Shown: positions 47,509 to 58,262 of the stretch, piece by piece
How positions within the stretch are numbered: the first letter of the stretch is position 1
Layout of the letters: each line of letters opens with the position of its first letter
Source of the DNA: Candidatus Hydrogenedentota bacterium
GTDB lineage: Bacteria; Hydrogenedentota; Hydrogenedentia; Hydrogenedentales; SLHB01
DNA: 64,000 nucleotides
Assembly: GCA_963674865.2 (NCBI GenBank)
Contig: CAXXYE010000009.1
Coordinates: 1,152,001 to 1,216,000, forward strand
Reading direction: 5' to 3'
Notes under the pieces: model-generated
The model's database searches: none
Told to the model about the DNA's origin: nothing
What the model saw: only the letters and a program-made list of their open reading frames with translations
Made by a program: the position numbers and the translations under genes

Positions 47509-48384
47509 CTACCGCCGCGATTCCTCGGGAAACAGATCCACCAACTCCTGTGTGGTTACAAAGGTTACCTGACAGCGTGCGGCGTCCAGGAAATCGACAA
47601 ATGGCTCCCAGTAGTCGTACTCGTTCTTGTCTCCGGTGTACCAGCCGTGAACCAGGACCACCAGCGGGCGGCGGTTGGCGATGGCCTCATCCAGGGCGGC
47701 CTCAAGGGCCTCGCCCCACTCCTCGCCTGTCATTTCGAGGCCGATGGCGCAGCCGATGTCGCATAGATATACGGGCTCGCCGTTGTGCTCGACAGTGGTA
47801 ATGGGAACGGCGTGGAATGCGTGCTCCGGGAACGGGTAGGGCGCGAAGTCCTCCTCATGGCCCTCGGCGTAGAGGAGGCCTGCTTTGAATCCGCTGTTGT
47901 AGGCAAAGCCCAACTCATCCAGTACGTCATAGGTGTCTTCGTTCTGGCTGAAATACTGAGGCCGGAAGCCTGTGACGGGAATGTACGTGCCGCAGGGCTT
48001 GCACCCTTCGAGGGCCTGCTTGGCGCGTGAGAGCAGATCCAGTTGCTCCTCATACGTCATCGTGGCCAGTTGTTCCCCGGTGTAGTATCCGTGCAGGGCG
48101 ACCTCATGACCGCGCCCGAAAAGGCCCCGAATGCGCGGGTTGTTCCGGTTGGCGTAGTCGCCGGTGACATACAATGTGGCGTCGATCCCCCGTACGTCCA
48201 GGGCGTTCATGATGCGCGTAAGCCCCTCCGTGTCATCGAGCTCAGCGTCCACCTGGATGTTCACGTACACGCCGTCGACGGGATCCGTTGTACATGGCAG
48301 AAAGGGGCATCCCACACTGAGCGGGAGCATCAGCAGGATAAGCAAGACTGTAGATGATTTGGCAAGAAGCTGTGTGGACTTCAT
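47509..48384 (-). CDS. Polysaccharide deacetylase-like lipoprotein
   Basis: ATG 48384, lipobox SVGC; ATLYVTG, GHEVALHG, GFRPQ and LVHGW. Confidence 0.75.
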   Translation of the reverse strand: MKSTQLLAKSSTVLLILLMLPLSVGCPFLPCTTDPVDGVYVNIQVDAELDDTEGLTRIMNALDVRGIDATLYVTGDYANRNNPRIRGLFGRGHEVALHGYYTGEQLATMTYEEQLDLLSRAKQALEGCKPCGTYIPVTGFRPQYFSQNEDTYDVLDELGFAYNSGFKAGLLYAEGHEEDFAPYPFPEHAFHAVPITTVEHNGEPVYLCDIGCAIGLEMTGEEWGEALEAALDEAIANRRPLVVLVHGWYTGDKNEYDYWEPFVDFLDAARCQVTFVTTQELVDLFPEESRR

Positions 48385-48509
48385 CCTTCCATTCTCCCCG
48401 TTTTCTGAAGTTACTGGGATTATACAGAGTCTGCGATGTCCCCGTCCGCTCCCATATACGCTCACTGTACAAACTTCGGGGCGGAGTGGTGCGCTATCTT
48501 CTGCATTAA

Positions 48510-50402
48510 GAAGCGGCACTGACTCCGAATGACCGTAAGTATAACGTTTCCGGGGGCATTCAGGCGCTTGCGGACGCGCACGCCGGTGATGCCGCTTCTG
48601 AGGGAAGCGGTCTTCTACCTCCGTCTCGTACCACGTCCTGCCGTCCATTCGTTGTGGCCGCGCCGTATACGACGCCTCGATAAGGGCGGAGTCCGGCGTG
48701 GAGCAGTCCGCCCGATCAAACTCCTTCAAATCCCAGTTCACATCCTGCGATGAGATATTGAGGCCCCAGATGATGGGAACCGCGTGTTCGCTGCCGTCCT
48801 CGTACTCGATGACGTACTCGCCCAGGGCGAATTGCTCGTTATCGATGTAATTCCCGTCGACAAATCCCTCGTGGCTCGATGCGTGTATCAGTGGTGTGCA
48901 CGAAAGTGAGGAAACGCGCATTGGGGGCTGCATTTCGCCTCGCCGCCTCGCCGCGGTACCGGTACAGCTCTCTGAAGGTCAGGTCTCGGACCTCGTCGGT
49001 GCGGCTATCGTCGAAGGGCCCCGTTCCAGAACAAGTAGGCCGAATAGACCACATTGAAGAGAATGGCATTTCGCTGGAGCGTCTGGCCGTCGGTGGCCCC
49101 CCAGTTCGAGATGATCGCCCCCTGGACGCCGTCACGGGGCGACGCGCTCACGCCAAGCGGGAAAGCCCAGTCCGGTGAAATTGCCGTAAGTCATCTCCAT
49201 GCCGCGCTTCAGATACTCCAGTTCATAGGTGCGGTTGATGCCCCAGTGACCAGTGAAGGATCCGCAGGTCTTGCGGCACCATATTGATCGCGCGGTAGGT
49301 GGCCGGCGTCTTGGGCTTCTCCGCGCCGCCGATGGGGACGCCGTCCACTCCAGTGCGAGTCCAGGGAACTTCTCGGCCCAAAGCATCGTACGGACGCCCT
49401 TGGCGGCCAAGTGGTCGTAGATCCTGCGAATGTCGCCTGCGTAGAGGTCCTCGGCCTTCTTGCCGCGGCATCGTTTCGCAAAGGCCAATGGTGTAGTACT
49501 CGTCGTGCCCGATGTTGATCGTGGCGGGCTGGAACACCTCGATCACCTCGTCGAACACGTCGAACAGGAGCTTGTAGGAGTCCGGATTTGAGGGGCAATA
49601 GGTGTCGGGGTAGGGGTCTTCGGTACGCTCGTTGAGTTCCGGATGCCTGGTTAGTAGGTAGTCGGAATGGCTCAAGGATGGTACTTCCGGGATGACCTCG
49701 AGCATGCGTTCGCGGCAGTAAGCGGCCAGGTCTTTCACCGCGTCCTGGCTGAGAAACCGGCCCCCACCGTTTTCCGAGTGTATCGAGTTCTTCTCCCAGT
49801 CGTACTGGCCCTGAATCTTGCGGGTCTTGCCCGGATACTCGTTCATCTCGGCGCAATAAGCGACCCACCCGTCATTGATCTCCGGGTGGCGTTTGTACTC
49901 CATGGCGCCCCCGACTTCGAGCATCACGGTGTTGTACTTGTACACGCACAAAAAGTCGATGAACTCTTTGAAGTCGTCGAGCTTGTCCGGCGGCGGGAGC
50001 ATGAGGCTTGACGCCGCGGACTACACACACCGGGAAGTCATAGATCAGGCAATTGCCGAGGAATTGCCCCCGCATCGAGTGGATGAGCGTCTGGCAGCCG
50101 TAGAAGAGGCCCCGCGGCGTCTGGGAATAGATGTCGATGCCGTCGTCGGCCACGAGAATGTGTCCCTCGTCCAGGGACAAATCTTCAACATTGAAGGTGT
50201 TCCGCAAGCGTTTCTCGATGTCCATAGGCAGATCGAGATGGAAGCGGACGTGTGTATAGCTGGGGCCGTCCTCGACATCGGCGGTTAGTGCGTTCCGTAG
50301 CGTTTCGCGGATTATTGGAATATCGCATGTGATATCGACATCCCGCCACAGATACCGGCCTTCTTCCCCTTGCCAGACAAAATGCGGGTGCAAATGCGCC
50401 AT
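48510..50402 (-). pseudogene. GH20 beta-N-acetylhexosaminidase broken by at least 8 single-base insertions
   Basis: TPRGLFYG, YKYNTVMLEV, EVIPEVPSLSH and INIGHDEY across successive frames; 3' end approximate. Confidence 0.8.
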
Positions 50403-50436
50403 GAATTGCTTCCTAATGACCTCCAGACCTGACGCG

Positions 50437-53400
50437 CTACTTGCCCAGCAGAGCGACGCATTCCATCATTTCACCACGCAGACGCTTAACCGTTTCGTCG
50501 TTGTTGGAGGCATCAAGTACGTAGCGAGCAACGCCAAGGCGCGCCTCGGCCAGTGTCTCGACGGCGACGCCTGCGATCTGTTCGTTCAACAGGCGGCGAA
50601 TGCGCGCCTTCACGTTCTCCGTGACGGCAGGTTCGGTGAGTCTCTCACGCAAGGCGATCAGGATACGCGCGTCCTCCATCCCTTCGCGGACGGCCTCCCA
50701 GCGCCGGCAAGAAGTGTGCGTGCCGTCCGGATTGGCATAAACAAGGGGATATTCATGCTCGACGGGTTCCCACATCGAGTCCCCTGAGTTGTAACACCAG
50801 AATCCGATTCCCGTGGCGCCGAAATGGAGTCCGAAGACCGCGGCGAGGCGGTATTGTGCGACGATGTTGATGGTCTTCGTGTTTGCGCCGATGGGCCGTG
50901 CATAGGAATAACCGCAGTCGTAGGACCAGAGCGTCTTGCCGCTTTGTTTGAGGAAATCCATCAGGAGTGAGTCCTCGGAGAGTGCGTAGAAGCCGGGGCA
51001 CCAGATGGCGGCCACTTCGTTCAGCGCCTCAAACATGGCCACGTCGCCGCCGCCGTTCACGTAGAACTTCAGGCCGGGTCGCGCCTTTAGGCCTTGGCGT
51101 GCGAAGGCGATATAGTGTTTTACCGTGTCCCAACCGTGTCCGCCCGGCTCATCGTGGGGATATAGGGCGACATGGTCTTCGTCGATGCCCTTTGCCTCAA
51201 GGTGCGTCATGACTTGCTCGAGGTAGTCGGCGAGGCGGGGCACGTAAGGATCGTCTTCCATGGGGACGCCCAGCGAAGGGATTCCGCTCATGAGCAGGAA
51301 GACGTCATGGCCTGCCAGCGGCGCCATGAACTCATCCAGCGCGGCGAAGTCGACACTGAGCTTTGGGGTGGCTTCTTCGTCAACCGTTACCGGAGGAAGG
51401 CTCGCGGTAAATACGTTATTGCCGTGCGCCAGCAAGTCCGTCACCGCATCTTCGTTGTAGCGGGCCCAGCAGCACAGCCGCATGGCCCCGAAGCCTGCCA
51501 TGTCGAAGGGGAGTACCTCTAAGTTAAGGGCAACCTTCGCTTCCGACGCGCCCGTATCAAGAGAGAGCGCTACGTCGTAGTTGCCGGCCTTCACACCGCT
51601 CAAGTCCGCGTCCAGCCACACTTCGCGCGTCTCGAGCGGAGGAATGGCCATCTTGCCCCCGCGGAGGGGGACGATGGGATCCCATGCGATGGCGCCCTGG
51701 TTCGTCGGGACGGATTTTATCTCGTAGGCCTTGACGGACGGGCCCCCGGGCGTCGTTTCGATATGAGCACCGACGTTCAGGGCCTCGAGCGTCACATTCA
51801 GAAGCTTGACGGATACGGGCTCGTGTTCGCCGGAGATGCATCTGCGTGTGATGCGGAGCGGCGTGGCTACCTCTGAAGGAAGCTCCTTGTCCACGTCCCG
51901 GTTCTCCCAGGTAGTACCTTCAAAGGCTACCACTTGGCTGTCCGGCGTACTTCCGAGGATCGACGGCGCTATCCCGGCAAGCACCAGCGCGCGTTCAGCC
52001 CGGGCGTTGAGCGCCGCGGTACGCACATTGAGTTGCTCGATGAACGCGGGCGGCGCGCCGGGCGCGGCAACCTGTAGGGACGCCAGAGCGGAGGCTTCTT
52101 TTTCGATGCCAAGCGCTTCCTGATGCATCGCGGCCTCTAGGCCCTTGCCCTTCTTGATTTCTTCCGCGGCCGCCATTGCCTTCCCGAGTGCGAGGACAGC
52201 GCGCCTCGCGAGGGCCTGGTCGTTCTGGTAAGGCGAGAGGGTCAGTTCGCGCGAACCGGCAGCAAGCGGGACGCCCTCGGCGCTCTTGAGCGCCCATTCA
52301 AATCGATACACTCCCGGCGCGGTTATCGCCACGGGGATCTTGAGCAGGCCCTCGCGGCCCACGGCCTTCCCGACCGCCAGTTGCCGCGAGCCATCCGGCC
52401 GAATACATGCCGCTTCGGCCAGCAGCGGAGCATCGCCCGGACTCGGATTCACGATCCGAAATGTCAGGTCGCCCCCCGTAAGGAGGAGGTCCCAATTGAG
52501 GTTCTCGGGCGTCATTCGGGCGGTGTCCGTGCTGACGAATCCGAGCCAGGCCCCCGTCAGCCGGTTGTCCCCTCGGTAGGTTCGCCACTGAGCCCGGCTG
52601 TCGACGGGCGCCGATGTCCCGAAGCAGAACATCCGCCCGGACTCGCCGCCCGTAACCGCGAATTCGAGGCCGGGGCGCTTCTTGATGATGTCGCCGTAGG
52701 CCGTTGTAACGTTGATTGTGCGGTTGTCGAATTGATGGCTGTAGACGATCTCGCCCGCGCGGTCGAGTGCTAATAGGCTGCCCCGCTGTGTGCACAGCAC
52801 GTATTCGAGCGCGTCATCGCCGTCAAGGTCGATGATGGCGCCTGACGCCAGACTTCGGCCTTGGGTGTCAATATCCCAGAGTACGCGGCCCTCCTCATCG
52901 AACCGGTAGAGCACCCCTAGTTCCGTTACCGCAAACAAGTCGGCCCGCCCATCGGCGTCGAAGTCTCCGACGGAGAGTGTCGAGGCGACGGCGCCGCGAG
53001 TCGGCTGCTCCCATAAGACGTCACCTTGCGCATTGAGACAGAAGAATCGCCCGTCGTGTGATGCCGCCGCCACGCACACCTGTCTTTTGGAATCGCCGTA
53101 GATGACGGGCGACGCGATGGCCCAGAAGGGAGCCGTGCCGCCCACGGCGAACTCCCAAACAACCTGGCCCGAGGCATTCAGGGCGAAGACCTTTCCTGCC
53201 CCCATGGCAACGACGGTTTCGAGCGTGCCATCCCCATCCAGATCGCCCACCGCCGGGCTCGAACACTCGCTCTCCAGCCGGCGTTCCCATCTGACTTCAC
53301 CCGTAAGGGCGTCAAGGGCCGTCACCACACCCAATTGATCGCCTTGGATGACCTCGATGGCTCCGTCCCCAGTAAGATCGGCGAGCGCGGGTGAGGAGCA

Positions 53401-53832
53401 GAACATGTTTCCCATGTCTCTCTGCCAAATCACGTTGCCTGAGCCGTCGAGACAGGTGAATTGCCCGGCGTTGTCGCCCGCATAGATGAGCGGCGCCTGT
53501 CCCTCACGTTCGAGAATGGCCGGGCACGTCGAGTACCGACCTCGCGTATCGAAACGCCAAAGCTGCTCTCCCGTGCCGTCCATGACAATGATGTTCTCGT
53601 ACGCCGCCGTCAGGATTTCGCCGTCGCCGTCACCGTCGAGATCGACGATCATGGGCGCACCTTCCATAACCATGTCCGCGTTGGCCACCCACAGCGGCTC
53701 GATTTCCAGCGCGGCCGAAGGCAGGCTGAGTAGGAGCAGCGCCGCGAGCGTAGCAGCGATACGCGGCGGCATGCCCGCCACGTTCCATTTCCGGGGGTAT
53801 TTTGCTTCGATATGCCGGGACTTGTGGTTCAT
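50437..53832 (-). CDS. Secreted FG-GAP/PQQ-like propeller + GH123/DUF4091-like protein
   Basis: DLDGDG repeats with SSPA; C-terminal PHDEP and RRWEAVREGMED. Alternative start at 53772. Confidence 0.7.
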   Translation of the reverse strand: MNHKSRHIEAKYPRKWNVAGMPPRIAATLAALLLLSLPSAALEIEPLWVANADMVMEGAPMIVDLDGDGDGEILTAAYENIIVMDGTGEQLWRFDTRGRYSTCPAILEREGQAPLIYAGDNAGQFTCLDGSGNVIWQRDMGNMFCSSPALADLTGDGAIEVIQGDQLGVVTALDALTGEVRWERRLESECSSPAVGDLDGDGTLETVVAMGAGKVFALNASGQVVWEFAVGGTAPFWAIASPVIYGDSKRQVCVAAASHDGRFFCLNAQGDVLWEQPTRGAVASTLSVGDFDADGRADLFAVTELGVLYRFDEEGRVLWDIDTQGRSLASGAIIDLDGDDALEYVLCTQRGSLLALDRAGEIVYSHQFDNRTINVTTAYGDIIKKRPGLEFAVTGGESGRMFCFGTSAPVDSRAQWRTYRGDNRLTGAWLGFVSTDTARMTPENLNWDLLLTGGDLTFRIVNPSPGDAPLLAEAACIRPDGSRQLAVGKAVGREGLLKIPVAITAPGVYRFEWALKSAEGVPLAAGSRELTLSPYQNDQALARRAVLALGKAMAAAEEIKKGKGLEAAMHQEALGIEKEASALASLQVAAPGAPPAFIEQLNVRTAALNARAERALVLAGIAPSILGSTPDSQVVAFEGTTWENRDVDKELPSEVATPLRITRRCISGEHEPVSVKLLNVTLEALNVGAHIETTPGGPSVKAYEIKSVPTNQGAIAWDPIVPLRGGKMAIPPLETREVWLDADLSGVKAGNYDVALSLDTGASEAKVALNLEVLPFDMAGFGAMRLCCWARYNEDAVTDLLAHGNNVFTASLPPVTVDEEATPKLSVDFAALDEFMAPLAGHDVFLLMSGIPSLGVPMEDDPYVPRLADYLEQVMTHLEAKGIDEDHVALYPHDEPGGHGWDTVKHYIAFARQGLKARPGLKFYVNGGGDVAMFEALNEVAAIWCPGFYALSEDSLLMDFLKQSGKTLWSYDCGYSYARPIGANTKTINIVAQYRLAAVFGLHFGATGIGFWCYNSGDSMWEPVEHEYPLVYANPDGTHTSCRRWEAVREGMEDARILIALRERLTEPAVTENVKARIRRLLNEQIAGVAVETLAEARLGVARYVLDASNNDETVKRLRGEMMECVALLGK

Positions 53833-54211
53833 GGGACGTTCCTCACACCGGTTCTCAAGATGGCCTCTCCAGGGAAGTCACAGCTTAACACGGGGTGCGT
53901 GCGGCGGACAAAAACAGACGGGTGCTGTGCGGTCCCGCAAGTGGTTGTGCGGCACGGCGTTCACGGCGCCCAAGGGGCTGATCGATGGGATAGGCTTTCG
54001 GGTATCCTGATGGACAACACCCTCGAAGATCCCTCTCGAGAGAAAGGCGTAAGTTGAATGGACTCTCGCTACTTCGGTATAGTACACGTGTTTCCGTCGA
54101 GCGCTCTTGAACACATCCCGCCCCACGTGCGCGCGGGTTGGGCGCGTCTACGTTGGCGGCGAGAGACTGCACGGACGATGTTTAATTCCAAAGGCAAGGA
54201 GAATCCGAACC

Positions 54212-56956
54212 ATGGCTAAGAGGAACGTTTATTTCTTCGGCGGCGGCAAAGCCGAAGGCAAGGCGACGATGAAGAACCTTCTCGGCGGGAAGGGCGCCAA
54301 CCTGGCCGAGATGTCGAGCTTGGGCATCCCGGTGCCGGCCGGCTTCACGATTACTACGGAGATGTGCACGGAGTATTACGAGAACAAAGGCAAGCTTCCC
54401 CAATCGCTGACGGCCGAGGTCAATAAGGCCCTCGCGCGCGTCGAGAAGGTGATGGGCAAGAAGTACGGCGACCCGAAGAACCCGCTGCTTGTCTCGGTGC
54501 GCAGCGGCGCCCGCCAGTCGATGCCGGGCATGATGGACACCGTCCTCAACGTCGGCCTTTGCCCGAAGACGCTTCCCGGCCTCGTCGCAAAGAGTGGCGA
54601 TGAGCGGTTCGCTTATGACGCCTACCGGCGTTTGATCATGATGTACGCGGATGTCGTGATGGAGAAGGCCGCGGGCATCGAGCCTAAGGATGGGCAGTCC
54701 GTCCGCGAGCGACTTGAGCATGCCATGGAGGCGATGAAGAAGAAGAAGGGCGTTACCGAAGACACCGACCTGGACGCCGAAGACCTCAAGAAGCTCTGCG
54801 AAGAGTTCAAGAAGATTGTGAAGAAGGCCATCGGCAAAGCCTTCCCCGATAACGCCGAGGATCAGCTTTGGGGCGGTATTAAGGCCGTGTTCCAGTCCTG
54901 GAACGGGCGGCGCGCCATCGCGTACCGGCGCATCGAAGGCATTCCTGATGACTGGGGCACCGCCGTCAACGTCCAGTCCATGGTTTTCGGCAACCTGGGC
55001 GATACGTCCGCGACGGGCGTGGCCTTCACGCGGGACCCCGCCACAGGTGAGAACACTTTCTATGGCGAGTGGCTGATCAATGCCCAGGGCGAAGACGTGG
55101 TGGCCGGCATTCGCACGCCGCGGCCCTTAAATAAGGCCAGCAAGCGCGCCGAGAGTAAGTCCATCAAGTCGCTCGAGGAGATGTGGCCTCCCCTCTACAA
55201 ACAGCTTGTCGCCATTCGGAACAAGCTTGAAGCGCACTACAAGGACATGCAGGACATCGAGTTCACGATGGAGGACAAGAAGCTCTACATGCTCCAGACC
55301 CGCACCGGAAAGCGCACCGGTACAGCGGCCGTGCGGATGGCTGTCGAGATGGCTGAAAAGGACCTGATTGACAAGAAGACGGCCATCATGCGCGTGAATC
55401 CCGAAGCCTTGGATGAGTTGCTGCACCCGATGCTCGACCCTGCCGGCGAGAAGAAGGCCGACACGCTGGCCAAAGGACTTCCCGCGGGGCCCGGCGGCGG
55501 CGTGGGCCAGGTGGTATTGACTGCTGACGACGCGGACGCCTGGGCCAAGAAGGGCAAGAAGGTTATCCTCGTCCGCAACGAGACGTCGCCCGAAGACGTG
55601 CACGGCATGCACGCGGCGGCGGCCATCCTCACTGCGAAGGGCGGCATGACGTCCCATGCGGCGCTGGTTGCCCGCGGATGGGGCAAGTGCTGTATCGTCG
55701 GCTGCGGCGCGCTTCAGATCGATGTGGCCGCCAAGAAGATCAATGTCAACGGCAAGGTCATCAAGGAGGGCGACTGGATTTCCCTTAACGGCACGGCCGG
55801 CGTGGTCTACAAGGGCCAGGTGGGTGTATTGCCGGCGCAGCCCGAGCGCAACAAGTGGTACAAGAAGATGATGGGTTGGGCGGATGCGACGCGGCAGATC
55901 AACGTGCGGACGAACGCTGAGAGCCCGGCCGACGCGCTTCAGGCGATCAAGTTCGGCGCCGAAGGTATCGGGCTGGCCCGCACGGAGCACATGTTCTTTG
56001 AGCCCGAGCGTATCATCCACATGCGCGAGATGATTCTCGCCGAGGATGAGGTCGCCCGGCGCAAAGCAGTCATGAAGCTTCTGCCTTATCAGAAGAAAGA
56101 CTTCATCGGTATCTTCAAGGCCATGGCCGGCAAGCCGGTGACGGTTCGCCTACTTGATCCTCCGCTGCACGAGTTCGTCGGCGGGCTCGACAAGAAGCAG
56201 ATCGCCGAACTCTCGAAGAAGATCGGCGTTCCGGCGGCGACGATCAGCGCCCGCATCGCCCAACTCCACGAGTTGAATCCTATGCTCGGCCATCGCGGTT
56301 GCCGCTTGGGCATTGCGTATCCGGAGATCACGGAGATGCAGGCCCGCGCCATCCTTGAAGCGGCGGCCGAACTTAAGAAGAAGAAAGTGAAGGTTCTTCC
56401 GGAGATCATGGTTCCGCTCGTGGGCACCAAGAAGGAGCTCGCCAACCAGGAGGCGATCATCCGCAGCGTGGCCGACGAGGTCCAGAAGAAGTACAAGATT
56501 AAGTTGGACTACATGGTCGGCACCATGATCGAGATTCCGCGCGCGGCCCTCACGGCTGACAAGATTGCCGAGGTCGCCGAGTTCTTCAGCTTCGGCACCA
56601 ACGACCTCACCCAGATGGGCTTCGGCTACTCCCGCGACGACGTGGGCGGATTCCTGCCGTTCTACCTCGACCACGATGTTCTTCCCGTGGATCCGTTCCA
56701 GGTCCTCGACCAGGAAGGCATCGGACAGTTGGTTGATATGGCGGTGAAGAAGGGCCGGAGCACACGCCCCGTTCTCAAGTGCGGCATCTGCGGCGAGCAC
56801 GGCGGCGAGCCCGAATCCGTCAAGTTCTGCCATCGGGTCGGACTCGACTACGTCAGTTGCAGTCCTTTCCGCGTACCGATCGCGCGCTTCGCCGCGGCGC
56901 AAGCGGCCATTGAGACTCCCCGTAAGGCCAAGAAAGCCGCCGTGAAGAAGAAGTAG
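54212..56956 (+). CDS. ppdK: Pyruvate, phosphate dikinase
   Basis: LLGGKGANLAEM, SVRSGARQSMPGMMDT, GGMTSHAA, GTNDLTQ and GICGEHGG; AAGGAG RBS before ATG 54212. Confidence 0.97.
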   Translation: MAKRNVYFFGGGKAEGKATMKNLLGGKGANLAEMSSLGIPVPAGFTITTEMCTEYYENKGKLPQSLTAEVNKALARVEKVMGKKYGDPKNPLLVSVRSGARQSMPGMMDTVLNVGLCPKTLPGLVAKSGDERFAYDAYRRLIMMYADVVMEKAAGIEPKDGQSVRERLEHAMEAMKKKKGVTEDTDLDAEDLKKLCEEFKKIVKKAIGKAFPDNAEDQLWGGIKAVFQSWNGRRAIAYRRIEGIPDDWGTAVNVQSMVFGNLGDTSATGVAFTRDPATGENTFYGEWLINAQGEDVVAGIRTPRPLNKASKRAESKSIKSLEEMWPPLYKQLVAIRNKLEAHYKDMQDIEFTMEDKKLYMLQTRTGKRTGTAAVRMAVEMAEKDLIDKKTAIMRVNPEALDELLHPMLDPAGEKKADTLAKGLPAGPGGGVGQVVLTADDADAWAKKGKKVILVRNETSPEDVHGMHAAAAILTAKGGMTSHAALVARGWGKCCIVGCGALQIDVAAKKINVNGKVIKEGDWISLNGTAGVVYKGQVGVLPAQPERNKWYKKMMGWADATRQINVRTNAESPADALQAIKFGAEGIGLARTEHMFFEPERIIHMREMILAEDEVARRKAVMKLLPYQKKDFIGIFKAMAGKPVTVRLLDPPLHEFVGGLDKKQIAELSKKIGVPAATISARIAQLHELNPMLGHRGCRLGIAYPEITEMQARAILEAAAELKKKKVKVLPEIMVPLVGTKKELANQEAIIRSVADEVQKKYKIKLDYMVGTMIEIPRAALTADKIAEVAEFFSFGTNDLTQMGFGYSRDDVGGFLPFYLDHDVLPVDPFQVLDQEGIGQLVDMAVKKGRSTRPVLKCGICGEHGGEPESVKFCHRVGLDYVSCSPFRVPIARFAAAQAAIETPRKAKKAAVKKK

Positions 56957-56979
56957 CGGCGTTCTCCCTTCGACTCAAG

Positions 56980-57015
56980 CGAACGCTCCCGGGCCACTAG
57001 GCCCGGGAGCGTTCG
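56980..57015. terminator. 16-bp perfect hairpin between convergent genes
   Basis: CGAACGCTCCCGGGCC-ACTA-GGCCCGGGAGCGTTCG. Confidence 0.7.
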
Positions 57016-57034
57016 TCTTGTATATGGCGTGTGA

Positions 57035-58108
57035 TCACGGAATCCGAAGCGCGGGAAGGGCGAATCGCTCGCGGTAGGCGTTGACGACGGCAAGGTAGTT
57101 GTCGAGGGGGACGCTGGCCGTGATGGCGTTGCTCGCGCAGAGGATGTGGCCGCCATTGCCCCAACCTGCATCGAGGCAGTCGAGCGTGTGCCGCCTGACC
57201 TCCTCCGGTGACGCGAAACTCAGGATATTGCCGCAGTCCAAGTTGCCGAAGAAGGTGATGCGATCTCCGTAGGCGTCCTTGAGCCGGCGCAGGTCCATGC
57301 CGGCCTGCATATCAATCTCGAGGTAACCGTCAACTTCGCAGCCGAGCAGGTAATCCTCAATCATAGGCCATAGGTTGCCGTCGCTGGCGTTGACGGCCCA
57401 CAGTCCCGCTTCGTGGGCCCGCCGCGTCACACGGCGCACCTCGGGCAGAATGAACGTCCGGTACGCCTCCGGGGAGATGAGCGGCCGCGTGCCGGCGAAA
57501 TCGCCGCCCACGCCGAGGAGGTCCAGGCCGAGCGCGATGTACTTCTCGAGGCATCCCAGCGAGCGTCGCGTGGCCAGCGCGAAGTGTTCGTGGGCGACAT
57601 CCGGCGCGATGAGCATCGTTTGCATGAGGTCCACATCCGTCCAGACGCCGTGATGATACGTCGGCGCGAGGATGGGCAGATCGAGGCCTCGGCGGGCCAT
57701 CTCCTCTTTGAGCAAGGCGTAAACCAAGAGGCTGTCATCATGAGGTGCCGCCGGTGCCTGAGCCGCCCGCTCATTGCGCTGCCGGAGGACTTGCACGGGA
57801 TCGGGCGCCGGCGCCGCAGGCGGGGCGTGGAGAGCGATGTCCCCAGTTCCGGGGAGGGGATTCGGGCAGACGTACATCATGTCATGGCCGAGCAGCGCCG
57901 CGAGTTCCAGTTGATCGATGGCACTCTGGCGGACAGCCGTTTCCCAGCCGCGTTCCCGCGCAAGCGTCGGCCAGACGCTAGGATCGGGGGCGTACGGCCG
58001 CCCGAGAAGCTGATCGGCGACGGGCGACAACAGCACATACTCGAAGATCGGCGTTCGATCCGGCTGCGCGTGGTTCGACGCCGCCTCGATGCGCTCACGT
58101 GACGTCAT
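57035..58108 (-). CDS. Uroporphyrinogen decarboxylase-family (URO-D/MtaA-like) protein
   Basis: MTSRERI..QPDRTP, ISPEAYRTFILP, FFGNLD and GGHILCASN. Confidence 0.82.
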   Translation of the reverse strand: MTSRERIEAASNHAQPDRTPIFEYVLLSPVADQLLGRPYAPDPSVWPTLARERGWETAVRQSAIDQLELAALLGHDMMYVCPNPLPGTGDIALHAPPAAPAPDPVQVLRQRNERAAQAPAAPHDDSLLVYALLKEEMARRGLDLPILAPTYHHGVWTDVDLMQTMLIAPDVAHEHFALATRRSLGCLEKYIALGLDLLGVGGDFAGTRPLISPEAYRTFILPEVRRVTRRAHEAGLWAVNASDGNLWPMIEDYLLGCEVDGYLEIDMQAGMDLRRLKDAYGDRITFFGNLDCGNILSFASPEEVRRHTLDCLDAGWGNGGHILCASNAITASVPLDNYLAVVNAYRERFALPALRIP

Positions 58109-58209
58109 GATGGCTTGGCCTTCTCCGAAGTCCTCTCACGGCAATACGCGGGCGATTATGCCGATCATGCTGCGGTGTTGGGAAGTCTACAGTAACCGTG
58201 GCTCGCAGG

Positions 58210-58232
58210 GCCGGCAAGATGCCTGCACTACA
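58210..58232 (-). repeat. Single GTAG-type REP-like element
   Basis: TGTAGTGCAGGCATCTTGCCGGC, similar to the copies at 11072-11178. Confidence 0.5.
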
Positions 58233-58262
58233 AGACGTGCCGCAATGAGTAGCACCGCTAGG

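Noticed and set aside
48385..48933. N-terminal extension of the 474-aa ORF suggesting a fusion to the deacetylase
   Set aside because: It is the frameshifted tail of the GH20 gene reading through; the deacetylase has its own ATG and lipoprotein signal at 48384.
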